From Piedraia hortae CBS 480.64 (taxonomy: Eukaryota): DNA of 46,593 nt. The notes beneath the pieces are model-generated. The model saw only the letters and a program-made list of their open reading frames with translations, was not told the origin of the DNA and did not search any database. The translations under genes and the position numbers were made by a program. Positions 46,467 through 46,593 of the stretch are shown in pieces (position 1 is the stretch's first letter; each line of letters opens with the position of its first letter). Location: assembly GCA_010093745.1 (NCBI GenBank), contig MU006039.1, positions 1 to 46,593 of the forward strand, given 5' to 3'.

Positions 46467-46514
46467 TGTTGATCACTGGCAACCTGGTCCAGGTGAGGTC
46501 GTCAGAGGTGGATC

Positions 46515-46593
46515 TGTTGTGAATATGCGGTATATTACGCGCATTATTAGTAACCGTCGCTCGGCTCTCGACTTCACGCGTCAACTAGTTTTC
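46515..46593. mobile_element. Start of a second copy of the terminal LTR-like element (truncated by the window end)
   Basis: 79/79 identity to positions 1-79. Confidence 0.8.

Overview
Fungal (Pezizomycotina, possibly a compact Eurotiomycete/Chaetothyriales-type genome; inference from ~50-bp introns, tiny intergenic gaps and gene content) nuclear contig. It begins with a 209-bp LTR-like element inserted into a decayed Ty1/copia RT-RNaseH with its own 3' LTR, and ends 79 bp into another copy of the same LTR. Housekeeping genes: endosulfine/IGO1-like, MLH3, a YFH7-like kinase, MES1, LTO1-like, RAD52, KEX1, condensin YCS4, CDC7, AIM24, an APP1-like phosphatase, a GNAT, ATM1 and the complex I 24-kDa subunit. 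The most striking structure is a three-gene cassette of secreted proteins present twice in inverted orientation (about 1.8-5.5 kb and 19.5-22.6 kb). It comprises a small secreted prepro-peptide gene, a His1-brace LPMO-like protein whose ~1.35-kb core is identical in both copies, and an unannotated secreted repeat protein built from duplicated symmetric micro-exons (NHSAYLS repeats). The copies show reciprocal decay. The second copy sits between a duplicated RAD52/KEX1 head-to-head pair that has also decayed reciprocally (RAD52 + pseudo-KEX1 ... pseudo-RAD52 + KEX1). A gene-poor 25.4-34.4 kb zone holds an SRPK-like kinase pseudogene and an intronless alpha/beta hydrolase with a Cys in the nucleophile position.
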